Assembly (NCBI RefSeq): GCF_006345805.1 | Contig: NC_043004.1 | Coordinates: 12,586,001-12,650,000, forward strand | Direction of reading: 5' to 3' | Length of the DNA: 64,000 nt | Origin: Octopus sinensis | Taxonomy: Eukaryota | Part shown: one piece after another, positions 1 through 12,876 of the stretch | How positions within the stretch are numbered: the first letter of the stretch is position 1 | Layout: every line of letters starts with the position of its first letter | The notes under the pieces: generated by a model | What the model was told of the DNA's origin: nothing | Seen by the model: the letters and a program-made list of their open reading frames with translations, nothing else | Database searches by the model: none | Position numbers and translations under genes: made by a program

Positions 1-298
1 CCTAACAAACTCGAGAGATTGGTATTGTGCGAACTATAAAACAATGGACATAGTTTTATGCAGTAGATAACATTATAGAACAATAATAGCGAGAAGCCTG
101 TTTTTATGAATTCATGTATGAAATAGATTGGACTATGCACACAATTTGAATACATGCATACATATGTAGACATATATACATATATACATACACAGATATA
201 TACATACATACATTATATATATTGAATGCATGTATGGATATATAAATAAGTGCATCAGTGTAAAAATGTTTGCATATATATGTAATGTAAATATATAA

Positions 299-343
<45 letters not shown>

Positions 344-411
344 ATTATATATATATTATATATATATATATACATATATATATCCATACATACATACACA
401 CATACATACAT

Positions 412-559
412 GCATAGTGTGGTAAGTAGCTTGCTTACCAACCACATAAACCCGGGTTCAGTCCCACTGCGTGGCACCTTGGGCAAGTGTCTTATACCAC
501 AGCTTGTGAGTGGATTTGGTAGATGGAAACTGAAAGTAGCCCGTCGTGTATACACACAC

Positions 560-622
<63 letters not shown>

Positions 623-845
623 GTATATTTGCGTGTGTGTGTCTGTGTTTATCCCCCCATCATCACTTGACAACCGACGCTGGTGTGTTTACGTCACCGT
701 AACTTAGCGGTTCGGTATAAGCGACCGATAAAATAAGCACTAAGCTCTCAAAGAATAAGTCCTGGGGTCAATTTGTTCGACTAAAGGCGGTGATCCAGCA
801 TGGCCGCAGTCAAATGACTGAAACAAGTAAAAGAATTAAAGAATG
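412..845 (+). mobile_element. tRNA-derived SINE family A (CORE-like; octopus OK/OR-type), with internal CA/TA microsatellite
   Basis: Head GTGGTAAGTAGCTTGCTTACCAACCAC...GGCACCTTGGGCAAGTGTC and tail GACTGAAACAAGTAAAAGA; about 10 homologous copies in the window. Confidence 0.9.
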
Positions 846-875
846 AAAAAGAAATACATATATACGTACATGCAT

Positions 876-906
<31 letters not shown>

Positions 907-1914
907 CACACACACACACCGCACACACGCACACACGCACACGCACACACACACGCACACAGACATACATATATGCATACGTATACAGACAAAACATTAA
1001 CTTGACTATTTTCTTCCTGAATTGAAATTTTGTGTGTGTATATGTGTGTGTGTGCGTGTGTTTGTGTGCGTGTGTGTGTGTGTGAATCAGAAAGAGAGAG
1101 TGACTGAGAGGGAGAGAGAGAAAGAGAGAGTACGTATGTGCTCTCAGACACACACACACACACACACACACACATACGCAAACACTGCTACGAGATTTTT
1201 CTTCTTGCTCGTGTTTTTTTTCGGTAAAATTCGCCAATATTTATACTAGAACGTCCCTTAAAAGCTCTCTAAGGAACCCTTATTTCGCATCTGTTATCTA
1301 TTTCCCTGCCCCACCCCACCTTTGACCTTTGCCACCTTTTTAGTTTTCGTTTAAATCCCAGGCCTCGGGCATATATAAATAAACCAACTTACCTGTATTC
1401 CGCCTAACAAAAATATTCAAGCAATAATTACCTGCAGATTGCTTTCGCTCTCTCGGTCATTATATGTGCGTGTGTGTTTGGGGGGGGGGAGCACTAAACG
1501 TGTGTGTGTGTGTGTGTGACTGTGTCTCTGTGTGTATGTGTGATACATGGGCGCGAGTGTGTGTGGCTGTGTGTGTGTGTGCGTGTATGAGGGGGTCGTA
1601 TGTGTGCGTGCGTGTGCGTGTATCTGTGTGTGTGCGTGTATGTGTGTGTGCGCGTGTGTGTGTGCGTGTGTATGTGTGGGTGTGTATGTGTATGTAGGTG
1701 GGTGGGGTGGGTGTATGTGTGTGTATGCGTGTGTGAGGGGGCGTATGTGTGCGTGCATGTGCGTGCCTGTGCGTGTATGTGTGTGTACGTGTATGTGTGT
1801 GTGTGCGTGCGAGTGTGTATGTGTGTGTGTATGTGGGTGGGTGGGTGTGGCTGATGTGTGCGTATGCGTGTGTGTAGGATGTATGTGCGTGTGTGTTTTG
1901 GAAATATGTATAAA

Positions 1915-2290
1915 TACGCCCGTGGTAGCGGTTGATGTAGGGTGGGGCTAAGCAACCTATTTTCTAACCACATAGTTCTGGTTTCAGTCCTGGTGGGGGC
2001 TACTTGGGTAAGTGCCTTCTACCACTGCTTCGCACGGAGCAAAGCTTTGTAAGTGAATTCGGTAGGAAGAAACAGAAAGAAGCCCATTGTGTGTATTTGC
2101 GTGTGTGCTTGTGTGTGTGTATTTGTGTGTGTATGTGTGCTTGTGTGTGTGTTTGTGTGTGCGCGCGTGTGCTTGTGTGTGCATGTTTGTGCGTGTTCGT
2201 GTGTGTGTGTTTATGTGTGTGCTTATGTATGTGTGTGCGTGTGTTTGTGTGTTTGTGTCGTGTGTGTGTTTGTGTGTGTTTCTTCCACTT
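1915..2290 (+). mobile_element. Degenerate SINE-A head followed by (TG)n
   Basis: AACCACATAGTTCTGGTTTCAGTCC...TTGGGTAAGTGCCTTCTAC...GAAAGAAGCCC resembles the family A head. Confidence 0.65.
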
Positions 2291-2330
2291 GGTCCCCCAC
2301 CGCCACCACCTCTCAACAACCGTCGACGAC

Positions 2331-2430
2331 NNNNNNNNNNNNNNNNNNNNNNNNNNNNNNNNNNNNNNNNNNNNNNNNNNNNNNNNNNNNNNNNNNNNNN
2401 NNNNNNNNNNNNNNNNNNNNNNNNNNNNNN
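2331..2430. other. Assembly gap (100 N)
   Basis: Run of 100 n characters. Confidence 1.
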
Positions 2431-2547
2431 TCAAACGGTTCTAACATTTGCGCAATTGGATTGATCTCAACAAGTTTGATGTTATTTCAAATGACGATCT
2501 GAATTCATATTTATTGATACGTCCAAAATGTATTGGGGATATTTTTT

Positions 2548-3070
2548 TTTTTGTTTCAGTCAACTGACTGCGGTCATGCTGGAGCACCGCCTTTAGTCGA
2601 ACAAATCGACCTCAAAACTTATTCTTCGTAATCCTAGTACTTATTCTATCGGTCTCTTTGCCAAACCCCTAGGTTACGGGGACGTAAAGACACCAGCATC
2701 GGTTGTCCAGCGATGTCAGGGGAACAAATACAGACACACAAACACACACAAATATATACATATATGTATACGACCGGCTTCTTTCTTATCTCCCCTTCTT
2801 TCTACATCTCCTGTCAACTCCTTTTTTCCTAACCAGTCGCCATGCTTGATCGCAAAATCCACAACTTTTTTTTTATTCTCTCGCTATTTATTTTCTCTTA
2901 TACCTTTCTGTTGACGAGCGTAGGCTCGAACTGTAAAATCCACTCATAAGGTTTTGGTCGGCCCAAGGCTCTAGTAGAAGGCACTTGCTCAAAGTGTCAC
3001 GCCGTGGGACTGAACCCAGAACCATGTGGTTGGAAAGCAAGCTTCTTACCACCACCACGCCTGCGCCTAT
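2548..3070 (-). mobile_element. SINE-A, full length, with a ~160-bp nested pyrimidine-rich insert (~2770-2935)
   Basis: Reverse complement of family A tail (2548-) and head (-3070); the insert ends in a degenerate hammerhead-like CTGTTGACGAGCGTAGGCTCGAAC. Confidence 0.85.
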
Positions 3071-3126
3071 ATATATCGAATTTGAAGTGCGCTGTCTTGA
3101 CTGGCATCTTGGCGTGCACGCACACA

Positions 3127-3159
<33 letters not shown>

Positions 3160-3349
3160 CACACACACACGCACATGTATATATTTCGAGTTTTTTTTTT
3201 ACTCTTGTCAATGGGATGCGACTAAGAGAGGCAATTCTGAACAAAATTATAAAGTAATAGCTTTACGTAAAATTCAGTCAACAACGTTGCCTGATTTACG
3301 CTGGTATACATGAGTGTTTATGTGTGTGTATATACACTCACACATACAC

Positions 3350-3680
3350 ACCCATCACCCTTCTTCACGCCACCGATGTTATCCAAGGAAAGAGCAAAAG
3401 GCCGATACAGCATGGCACCAGTGACGTCACAAATCATTTCTACATCTGATTTGTTTACAGTGATGAAATGAATGTGCTGAGCATTAGCTTGCTTCCTCCC
3501 TCAAATCGCGGTTGTCTGAACAAATGCTTGGTGTACCACGCGCCAGGCGTCGAAGTGATCGCAGCGCAACGCGAGATGAAGTGCTTTGCGGAAGATCACA
3601 ACGCACCATCCAGTCAAGGAATTGAAACCACGATGTCGTGATCGTGAATGCAACACTCTAACCACCAGGCCATCGCTTTG
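3350..3680 (-). mobile_element. tRNA-derived SINE (distinct family), degenerate
   Basis: Minus strand GCGATGGCCTGGTGGTTAGAGTGTTGCATTCACGATC...GTGGTTTCAATTCC gives A/B-box-like head. Confidence 0.65.
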
Positions 3681-4686
3681 TCGAATGAGGTATCTGCAAG
3701 ATATGGTCTGTGGAAAACGTCTATTCCCTATGGCTGCCAATATCAAGATCCTTCATTGAATATTGAGCTTTTCTGATTCTAACAGTTGGGGGCATGTTGG
3801 GTGCAATTAAGCAATTTCTGTTTTAGTTTGAAGTCATCATTGTCTTCCAAAATATATTCAATCCACGTTTGAGATTCTGCTGTGAAAGAAATTGCTGCCT
3901 TTGTGAGAATATCAGTGGTGCCAAAAGTCTTTTTTTTTTTGTTTTCTTTTTTTTTTGCAATAGTGGTGGTGATGTTGGTGGGAGAGCTGAAGCCGATGCT
4001 GTTGTCGATGATATTGCAATTTTGTCGAATGTTTCCATTTCGACGACGCAGATGTTGGCGATGGTGTTAGCGGTGATACAGATGGTATTAGCGGATATAG
4101 TGGTGATGGAGATGCTGGCTGTAATGGGGATGGTGCAGGATGTAGTTGACTTGTTGTTGTTTACGGAAGTCTCGTTAATGCTGGGTTGTTACTGTTGTTA
4201 GTCATATTGCTATCCTTCTCGCGCTGATGTTGTTGTTTATCTTAATTTTTTTTTTCCATGTTCGCTCTCATTATCGTTCGCGTTTATGACGGAGATAACG
4301 ACGGTGATAGTGGTAGCGATGGTTTTAATTTATAGGACAGGCTGGCTTTTCGATAGCAGCAAAAAAAAAACCTTGTAGTTCTTAGTAATTTTTTGGCTCC
4401 TTAGGTACTATGTTCAGATAGCACCTAGGTCAACGTTGATTTACATCACTCTGGGTTTCATTGATAATACCGCTATTGCCAAGTCTTGGACGATTATTTA
4501 ACTGTCAACAAACCCAGAACTAGACACCTTTAATTCACTCTAAACTTGTCTACAATTTCGTTCTGGTAACCTTTGTCACGACAAAAGTATCAAATATTTT
4601 TGGCCCTAGTCGCTTCATTTTGAGAACAACGGTTTGCCCTGTTACAAACATAAACGAACTACTTATTGGTGTATGCATATATACCA

Positions 4687-4721
<35 letters not shown>

Positions 4722-4904
4722 GTGCATGTGCATTTATATATATACATATATATACACACTAGCGTAGATAAGGGAGGCGTAGGGAGGACATCTTTGGTTC
4801 TGCCGTAGGCAATATGTGCCTTTTTGTGGAGTCCGGGGGTGGTACACACGCTAGCTACTCTAGCGAGTGTGCAAATGTATAAATGTGTGTGTTTGTGTAT
4901 GTGT

Positions 4905-5209
<305 letters not shown>

Positions 5210-5343
5210 TTACGTATCTATGCATATACATTTGCGTGCAAATGACTCTGCACATATGTGTGTGTATGTCTTTTTTTAAAAGTATGAGTGCACTTCACTC
5301 TGATTACTTGTCTGTCTGTCTGTCTGTCTGTCCGCCTGGCAAC

Positions 5344-5386
5344 CTGTATGTCCTTCAAATATGTTTGTCCATCCTTGATCGCAAAT
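5344..5386 (-). CDS. Possible isolated internal exon (ICDQGWTNIFEGHT), unassigned
   Basis: Good acceptor tcattgtttttgttccacag, weak donor CAG|gttgcc; C-x2-G-W motif is EGF-like; may be chance. Confidence 0.15.
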
Positions 5387-5857
5387 CTGTGGAACAAAAA
5401 CAATGACATCAGAGAAGCACTTGATGTTTCCATATCTACCAAGCGAAAAGGAAGAAACGAATAAATCTGAGACGACCGCATCAAGGCACGCGTATCACTT
5501 TCCTTCTCTTAAACTTGTTTGATGTTTTGTATTCCTTTGTTACTATAGCTGCCGCCGTTTCGATTGTTACTGCTGTTGTTGCTGCTGTCGTCGTTCTCGC
5601 TGTTGCTTTCCCAGAGGAAGAGCTAAGTTCGCTGATCGAGTTTCATGTTTATGCTAATAAGCGTAACTATCTTTGGCGCAATGACACTGTCTTTTTTATT
5701 TATTTACTTTTTTTTTACATTATAAGTATTTAAATGACATTGCTCCAGGGCGACCCTGCCGAGTATTTCTATGTTCAAAGGCATTTCAAACGTGACCACT
5801 GACCTTTTTTCTTTTTAATATTTGAACGTACTATCCTCAAGGATTACACTATCTTAA

Positions 5858-6220
5858 TGTGGAGGCGCAATGGCCCAGTTTTGTTACAGATTAATGGCCC
5901 AGCAGACTCGCAGTTTCGATTCCCAAACCGGGCATTGTGAGTGTTAATTGAATGAAACCACCTAAAAGCTCCACGTGGCTCCGGCAGGGGATGGTGTCGA
6001 ACCCTGCTGTACTCTTTCACCACAACTTTCTCTCACTCTTTCTTCCTGTCTCTGTTGTACCTGTATTTCAAAGGGTCAGCCTTGTCACACTCTGTGTCAC
6101 GCTGAATCTCCCCGAGAACTACATAAGGGGTGCTCAGCCACTTGTACTTTAATTTCACGAGCAGTGTTTCGTGGATCGGACGACGTGGAACCCACGTCGT
6201 CGTAAGCGACAGAGTTCCAC
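5858..6220 (+). mobile_element. tRNA-derived SINE family B (tRNA-Arg-like; octopus OR-type)
   Basis: GGAGGCGCAATGGCCCAG head, CACCTAAAAGCTCCACG, CTGAATCTCCCCGAGAACTAC body; homologous to 40226-40420 and 53105-53478. Confidence 0.9.
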
Positions 6221-6579
6221 GATTTAAATTGCATTGCGCCATGGCGACCCTGCCGAGTATCTCTATGTTCAAAGGCATTTCAAACGTGACCACTGACAAT
6301 TTTCTTTTTTTCAAGGATTACGCTATCTTAAGTATATTCATTTATTCTTTTTTTTCTTTAAAGATCCCCCCGATATGTACCACTCGATATGTACCATTGA
6401 TATGTACCAGTACCAATAAGCCCTAACACGTTTGAGTTATTTCTTTCCTCAATATTTTGGGACCATGCATTTGCGGTTTCTACAGATTAAGCATCAACAT
6501 TTATCTGTACATGCGTACAAAAACTACACACACATATATATACACACATATAAAACAGTATATATATATATATACATTA

Positions 6580-6629
<50 letters not shown>

Positions 6630-6803
6630 GTATATACATATATATGCATGTATGTATGTATATATGTATATATATATATATATAGATATATATATATATA
6701 TATATAATATATTATATATATATATATATATATACATGCAATGTTATATATAATTAGTACTCCCACTCCGATATATACATATATATATATGCATATATAT
6801 ATC

Positions 6804-7060
6804 ATTAGTGAATTGAAGAAATGGAGCTGAACGAAGATTGAACAGAAATCGTTTTATTTCATTCTACACGTGTTTCGAAAGGCACAATTTACCAAAATCC
6901 GATTGAATAATGAGACCATATTGTGTCTTTCTCATCAGACACAATATGGTCTCATTATTCAATCGGATTTTGGTAAATTGTGCCTTTCGAAACACGTGTA
7001 GAATGAAATAAAACGATTTTGTTCAATCTTCGTTCAGCTCCATTTCTTCAATTCACTAAT
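6804..7060. repeat. Near-perfect foldback palindrome (125/124-nt arms, 8-nt loop) carrying a hammerhead core on the minus strand
   Basis: 6804-6928 is the reverse complement of 6937-7060 apart from one 1-nt indel; minus strand CTGATGA...GAAACACGTGTA. Confidence 0.95.
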
Positions 7061-7220
7061 AATATTAAAATTCAATAATCCGCACCAACGCACGGTTGCA
7101 ACACCATATGCTTGTACCTCCAACCGTGCTGTCTTCTGCTGTGATTTTTGCTACCAAGGTATCGGTTAAACTTTTGATTAATCTGCTACAAGATTATTCA
7201 TCTTTCTATTTCACATAATA

Positions 7221-7344
<124 letters not shown>

Positions 7345-7654
7345 ATATATACACACAAACATATATATGTATATGTATGTACGAATATGTGTGTATACAC
7401 ACATATTCGTACATACATGAAGAACTGTGTATTACAGAAGTACAGTTACAGAACACATGCGTAGCCGTATTTTGTTACAGTTGTATAAGTAGTAAGATCA
7501 AATACCGAGGTTTACTCTATCTCTCATCCCTCCCGGGTCGGTAGACCAAAGAACTAACCAAATACCGGATCGATATGATCGATGTTTCTCTCTCTCTCTC
7601 TAAAATATCAATTTTTCTTAATATTTTCGACAGTATGGAAAGTGGGCGATTGAT

Positions 7655-8418
7655 TGGCAGAATCGTTAGCCCACCGGCATTTCTTCCCGATTCATCACGT
7701 TTAAATTCCGCAGATGTCAAGCTTGCTTTTCATCCATTTTGGGTCGATCAAATAAGAAGTAACCGTGTACTGGTGTCGATGTAATCGATTTAACATTTTC
7801 CCCACAATTTCAGGACTTGTGCCTGCATTAGAAAGAAGAATCATTCAAGGCAGCGAGCAACGTGGAGCTTTAAGTGTTTTCGCTCAATAAACACTCACAA
7901 TGCCCGATTTGGGAATCGAAACCGCGAGTCTGCTGGGCCATTGCTCTGTAACAAAACTGGACCATTGCGCCTCCACATTAAGATAATGTAATCCTTGAGG
8001 ATAGTCTGTTCAAATAAAAGCTGGCAGAATCGTTAGGACGTCGAGCAAAATGCTTAGCGGTATTTCATCGGTCAGCACGTTATGGGTTCAAGTTCCACTG
8101 AGGTCGACTTTGCCCTTCATCCTTACGGGGATCGATAAATTAAGTACCAGTCGAACTGTGGGTCGACATAATCGACTAGCACCCACCCCCAAATTCCTGG
8201 CCTTCTACCAAAATTTGAAATTATTATTATTATCATTGTTTGGAGTCGATCTGGCAAAATGCTTAGCAGTATTTCGTCTCTCTTTACATTATGAGTTCAA
8301 ATTCCATCTAGGTCGACTTTCTCATTCATCCTTTCGGGGGTCGATAAAATAAAGTACCAGTTGAGCATTAGGAACGATGTAATCGGGAAATTTCTGACCA
8401 TGTACAAAAATTTGAAAT

Positions 8419-8466
<48 letters not shown>

Positions 8467-8720
8467 TACCACCACCACCACCACCATCATCATTATCATT
8501 ATTATTAAGGCGGCGATCTGGCATAATCGTTAGCACGCTGGACGAAATACTTAATGGTATATCGTCCGTCTCCACGTTCTGAATTTAATACCGGCCGAGA
8601 TTTGACTTCGAATTTCATCCTCTCGAAGTACCCATTGAGCACAGGGATCGATGTAATCGAATAGTCACCCTCACCCCCACCACCTTCCCGCAAATTTCAG
8701 GCCTTGTGCCTATTGTAGTA
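7655..8720 (+). mobile_element. Cluster of ~4 head-to-tail Nin-domain SINEs (family C), with a partial minus-strand SINE-B at 7861-7980
   Basis: Repeated CTGGCAGAATCGTTAG...GGTCGACTTTGCCTTTCATCCTTTCGGGGTCGATAAA...AGTACCAG motif. Confidence 0.85.
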
Positions 8721-9252
8721 GAAACGTTTAGTAATATTATTCTTAGTTTTTAAAAAATCGACACGACTATCATCATGGAAAACGCCTTCAACCAAACCAT
8801 CGTCATCATTTTTCTGCAGCATCATCATCATCATCTTGTGTGCGTTTTCTTTTCTTTCCGAAGTTTTATCCTCTCTGCGCACACTCTTTCTCTCTCTCTC
8901 TCTTTCTCTCTCGGCCCTACACAACCCAATCCTTGGCGCTAAAATGCTCAGCAACGTCAGACATATCCCAACATTACTTGAAGATAGAGGTGCTAATCCT
9001 GTAATTTACACTGGAATCCTTCGGGGGGAGAATATTTACCCCCCCACCCCCACCCTCTCAACATTTCTTCCACCGACCCGACACATCCACCACAGATGTA
9101 TTAAAAAAAAAACACAAAGGAAACTAAAAGTAAGAAGGAACTATTTACCAATTCCTTAAGGAGAACAGTTATTCTCATCATACTGAGACTTGGCAATGTT
9201 TTGTAATATAATCAGAATCGCCTTGGTGCCAACCTACACATGCATATATATG

Positions 9253-9285
<33 letters not shown>

Positions 9286-9544
9286 GTGATTGTGTGTGTG
9301 TGTTTGTTTGTGTGTGCGTATGTGTGTGTGTATGTATGTGTGTGTGTATATACATATATATATATAGATATGTATGTATATATGTGTGTGTATATATGTG
9401 TGTGTGTCTGTATACACACATATATATATATGTACTTCCCTATATATATATATATACATATATACATACACATATATACATGCTAATATATATGCATGCA
9501 CACATGGTATACATATATGTACATTATTTATTATATAAATATAC

Positions 9545-9576
<32 letters not shown>

Positions 9577-9849
9577 GTATGCGTGTGTGTATGTACATAC
9601 ATATTTATATATATATGCAAATATATATATATATATCAAAATGGATATATATTTTTTTCTTTATATGTATATTTATGTATATGTATAAACATACAGAAAT
9701 CCTCAAGCACATGCATACGCATAGAGTCGTGTGTGCACCAGCATGCATGCATGTCTTTTAGCAGTATTGTATATACGTTTGCTCCGGTTCATGTGTGAGT
9801 GTATATAAGAGAGAGAGGGGAAGAAAGAGAAAGAGCGAGAGAGTTTGCA

Positions 9850-10423
9850 TATGTATGTATATATATATATATATATATGTTTGTATGTATGTATGTATGT
9901 ATGTATGTATGTATGTATGTATGTATGTATGTGTATGTATGTATGCATGCATGCATGCATGTATGCATGTATGTATGTATATGTTGTATGTATGCATGTA
10001 TGTATGTAGTATGTATGTATGTATGTATGTATGTATATATTATGTTGTATGCATGCATGATGCATGTATGTATGTATGTATGTATGTATGTATGTATGTA
10101 TGTATGCTGCATGATGCATGCATGCATGTATGTATGTATGTAGTATGTATGTATGTATGTATGTATGTATGCATGCATGCATGCATGTATGTATGTATGT
10201 ATGTATGTATGTATGTATGTAGTATGCATGCATGCATGCATGCATGCATGTATGTATGTATGTATGTATGTATGTAGGTATGTATGTATGTATGTATGTA
10301 TAGATGTATGTATGTATGTATGTATGTATGTATGTATGTATGTATGTATGTATATATGTATGTATGTATGTGTGTATGTATTATGTATGTATGTATGTAT
10401 GTATGTATGTATGTATGTATGTA

Positions 10424-10459
<36 letters not shown>

Positions 10460-10500
10460 TGTATGTATGTATATGTATGTATGTATGTATGTATATGAAT
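9850..10500. repeat. Long (TATG)n/(CATG)n tetranucleotide microsatellite
   Basis: Direct reading; source of the long spurious ORFs at 9.7-10.5 kb. Confidence 0.98.
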
Positions 10501-11374
10501 ATATACGCATATGAATGCCTCACGCTCTTTTTTTAATACATAAATATATAAACGCGTACATTCACAGTTACACACACACACATGCGCACACACACATACA
10601 TGCAAACACACACAAACAAATATATATATATGTATTGGAGTGTGTGGTTGTATGTAAACATATATACACACATAGACGTACATACACATATGTAAGCATA
10701 CATTTACTTATGTATGCATCTACACACACATGTGTGTGTGTGTGTGGATGGGAACATATATCCCTGTGCATACTCACCTATGTGTATATATGTGTATATA
10801 AATGGACATACGTTCGTATTTTATATTCAACTCGCGCTCATACCAACATTAATCGCTTGCACACATACATACATAAACACATACATACATCCTTTCATAC
10901 TTGCATATATGTACACATACACACAGGCACATACCTATACTTGTGTGTACGTGTCTTTGTGTGCATATGTATATATATATATATATATATATATCAGTTA
11001 AACCCTTGGAGACACATATATCTAAAGCATTACTTTCTTTGAATAAAAAGTACGACTGATTGTCGCCCCTCTCCCGCTTCATCCATCTTATAAATAATAA
11101 ACTACTGAAGGATTTAAGCAACGTTAGAAATGTTAGCGATATTTTCAGAGATTTTCTGTTCCGTTCAAAACACTTCTAATTCATATCTATATTGCACAGG
11201 GGAAGATGGAGAACGATTGCTTTGACGTCAGGATTTTCAAGCCGATTGCGAAGATTACAATGAATTTAAACGCTAAATAATACCCTAGTCAGCAGGTTTG
11301 TTCATATAAACTTTAAAGTAGTACAAATTACATTATGTTATCGTTATTGGAAAGAATAATAAATTTTTTCTAAT

Positions 11375-12130
11375 TTTGACACAAGACCAGAAATTTGAGG
11401 GAGTGATCTAATCGATTACATCAACCCCAGTGCTCAGCTAGTACTTATTTTATCGACCCCGAAATGATGAAAGGCAAAGGTGACCTTGACGGTATTTCAC
11501 CTCAGAACATATAACCAGAAAATATGACGCTAAGCATTTTTGTCCAACGTGGTACAGATTCTGCCGGTTCACCACCCGTATTGAAAATTATAATAATTCT
11601 TTCCACTGTAGCCCCAAAGCCAGAATCTTTGGAAGAGTCAAACCAAGTGTTCAAGTGGTACTTATTTTATCGGCCCCGAAAGAATGAAAGGCAAAGGTGA
11701 CCTTTGTGGTATTTGATCTCAAAACATATATAACCAGAAAAAATGACGCTTAGCATTTTTGTCTGACGCGGTAAAAATTCTGCCGGTTCACCACCCGTAT
11801 TGAAAATTATAATAATTCATTCTACTATTGCCCCAAAGCCTGAAACTTTGGAAGAGTCGAATCCAATATTCGGATGGTATTTATTTTATAGATTCCCGAA
11901 AAGACGAAAAGCAAATTTGATCTCGGTGGAATTTGAACTCAGAACGTAGGGAGCCGGAATTTGAAAATAATCCTTTCTACTATAGGCACAAGCACTGAAA
12001 TTTAGGGGGACAAGTTAAAGCTGATTATATTGCCCCCATTACTCAACTGGTACTTACTTTATCGATCCCGAAAGGACGAAAGGCGAAGTCGAACTCGCAT
12101 GAATCTGAACTCCGAACGTAGAGAGTCGGA
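11375..12130 (-). mobile_element. Tandem array of ~4 Nin-domain SINE copies; the first two are a ~240-bp local duplication
   Basis: GACCCCGAAA..ATGAAAGGCAAAG repeated; CCACCCGTATTGAAAATTATAATAATT is identical at ~11572 and ~11791. Confidence 0.85.
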
Positions 12131-12137
12131 ATTTGAA

Positions 12138-12213
<76 letters not shown>

Positions 12214-12230
12214 TAATAATAATAATAATA

Positions 12231-12790
12231 AATGCCCTGATGCAGTACCAGACAGTGGCTATCATGGCTTCTAATCTTAACTGATTGGAAGTGTTATCAT
12301 GTACATTGTTTTGTCTGGGTATATAAAGATGGGCTACAGCAAATTTTCTGCTCAATACCACAGATTTACTTGTCAGTTGTTTGACCTTAACCGGTTGACC
12401 ATATGTCCCTTAGTGGCTGACGATATGTGCATCTCTGATCACAAGCAGAAATTATGGGGGAGCATCATAACCATGTGTTGGGAGGAATTCTTTAGGGTTT
12501 GAATAATTCACCTTTGGAAACATGGCGGTTCGTTCAACATTCTTAAACAGTCCTTATTCAGAGACATGTTGAGCGGAATGAGTTACTCGACGAGAAGAAA
12601 ATTCTAACTGGGCCCCACCTGCAAGGTTTATGTGCTGCTTATCTTGATATGAGATCACCATGTTGCGCACATATGGTTGTCATGCATGTGCCTAGTGTAC
12701 TCTTATCAGACGGGTAGTCATGATGGGTATACTGGGATTCGTGTATTTTACCCCAGTGTCACTTTGATGGCATGCATTGCTCTCTCACTC
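12231..12790. mobile_element. Non-coding ~560-bp interspersed element embedded in an (AAT)n array
   Basis: (AAT)n on both flanks (12138-12230, 12792-12874); its end GTGTCACTTTGATGGCATG..TGCTCTCTCACTC(AAT)n recurs at 40824-40881. Confidence 0.75.
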
Positions 12791-12791
12791 A

Positions 12792-12876
<85 letters not shown>

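Noticed and set aside
1380-1440. Minus-strand micro-exon GCGGAATACAG between ttttgttag and gtaagt
   Set aside because: 11 nt with no supporting neighbours; cannot be distinguished from chance
5858-5935. tRNA gene candidates (also 13957, 40226, 53400-53478)
   Set aside because: tRNA-like heads continue directly into SINE bodies and lack a complete cloverleaf
9703-10536. ORFs of 100-244 aa (HTYI/MYVC repeats)
   Set aside because: Translations of (TATG)n microsatellite; the same applies to most ORF-track entries over CA/TA tracts
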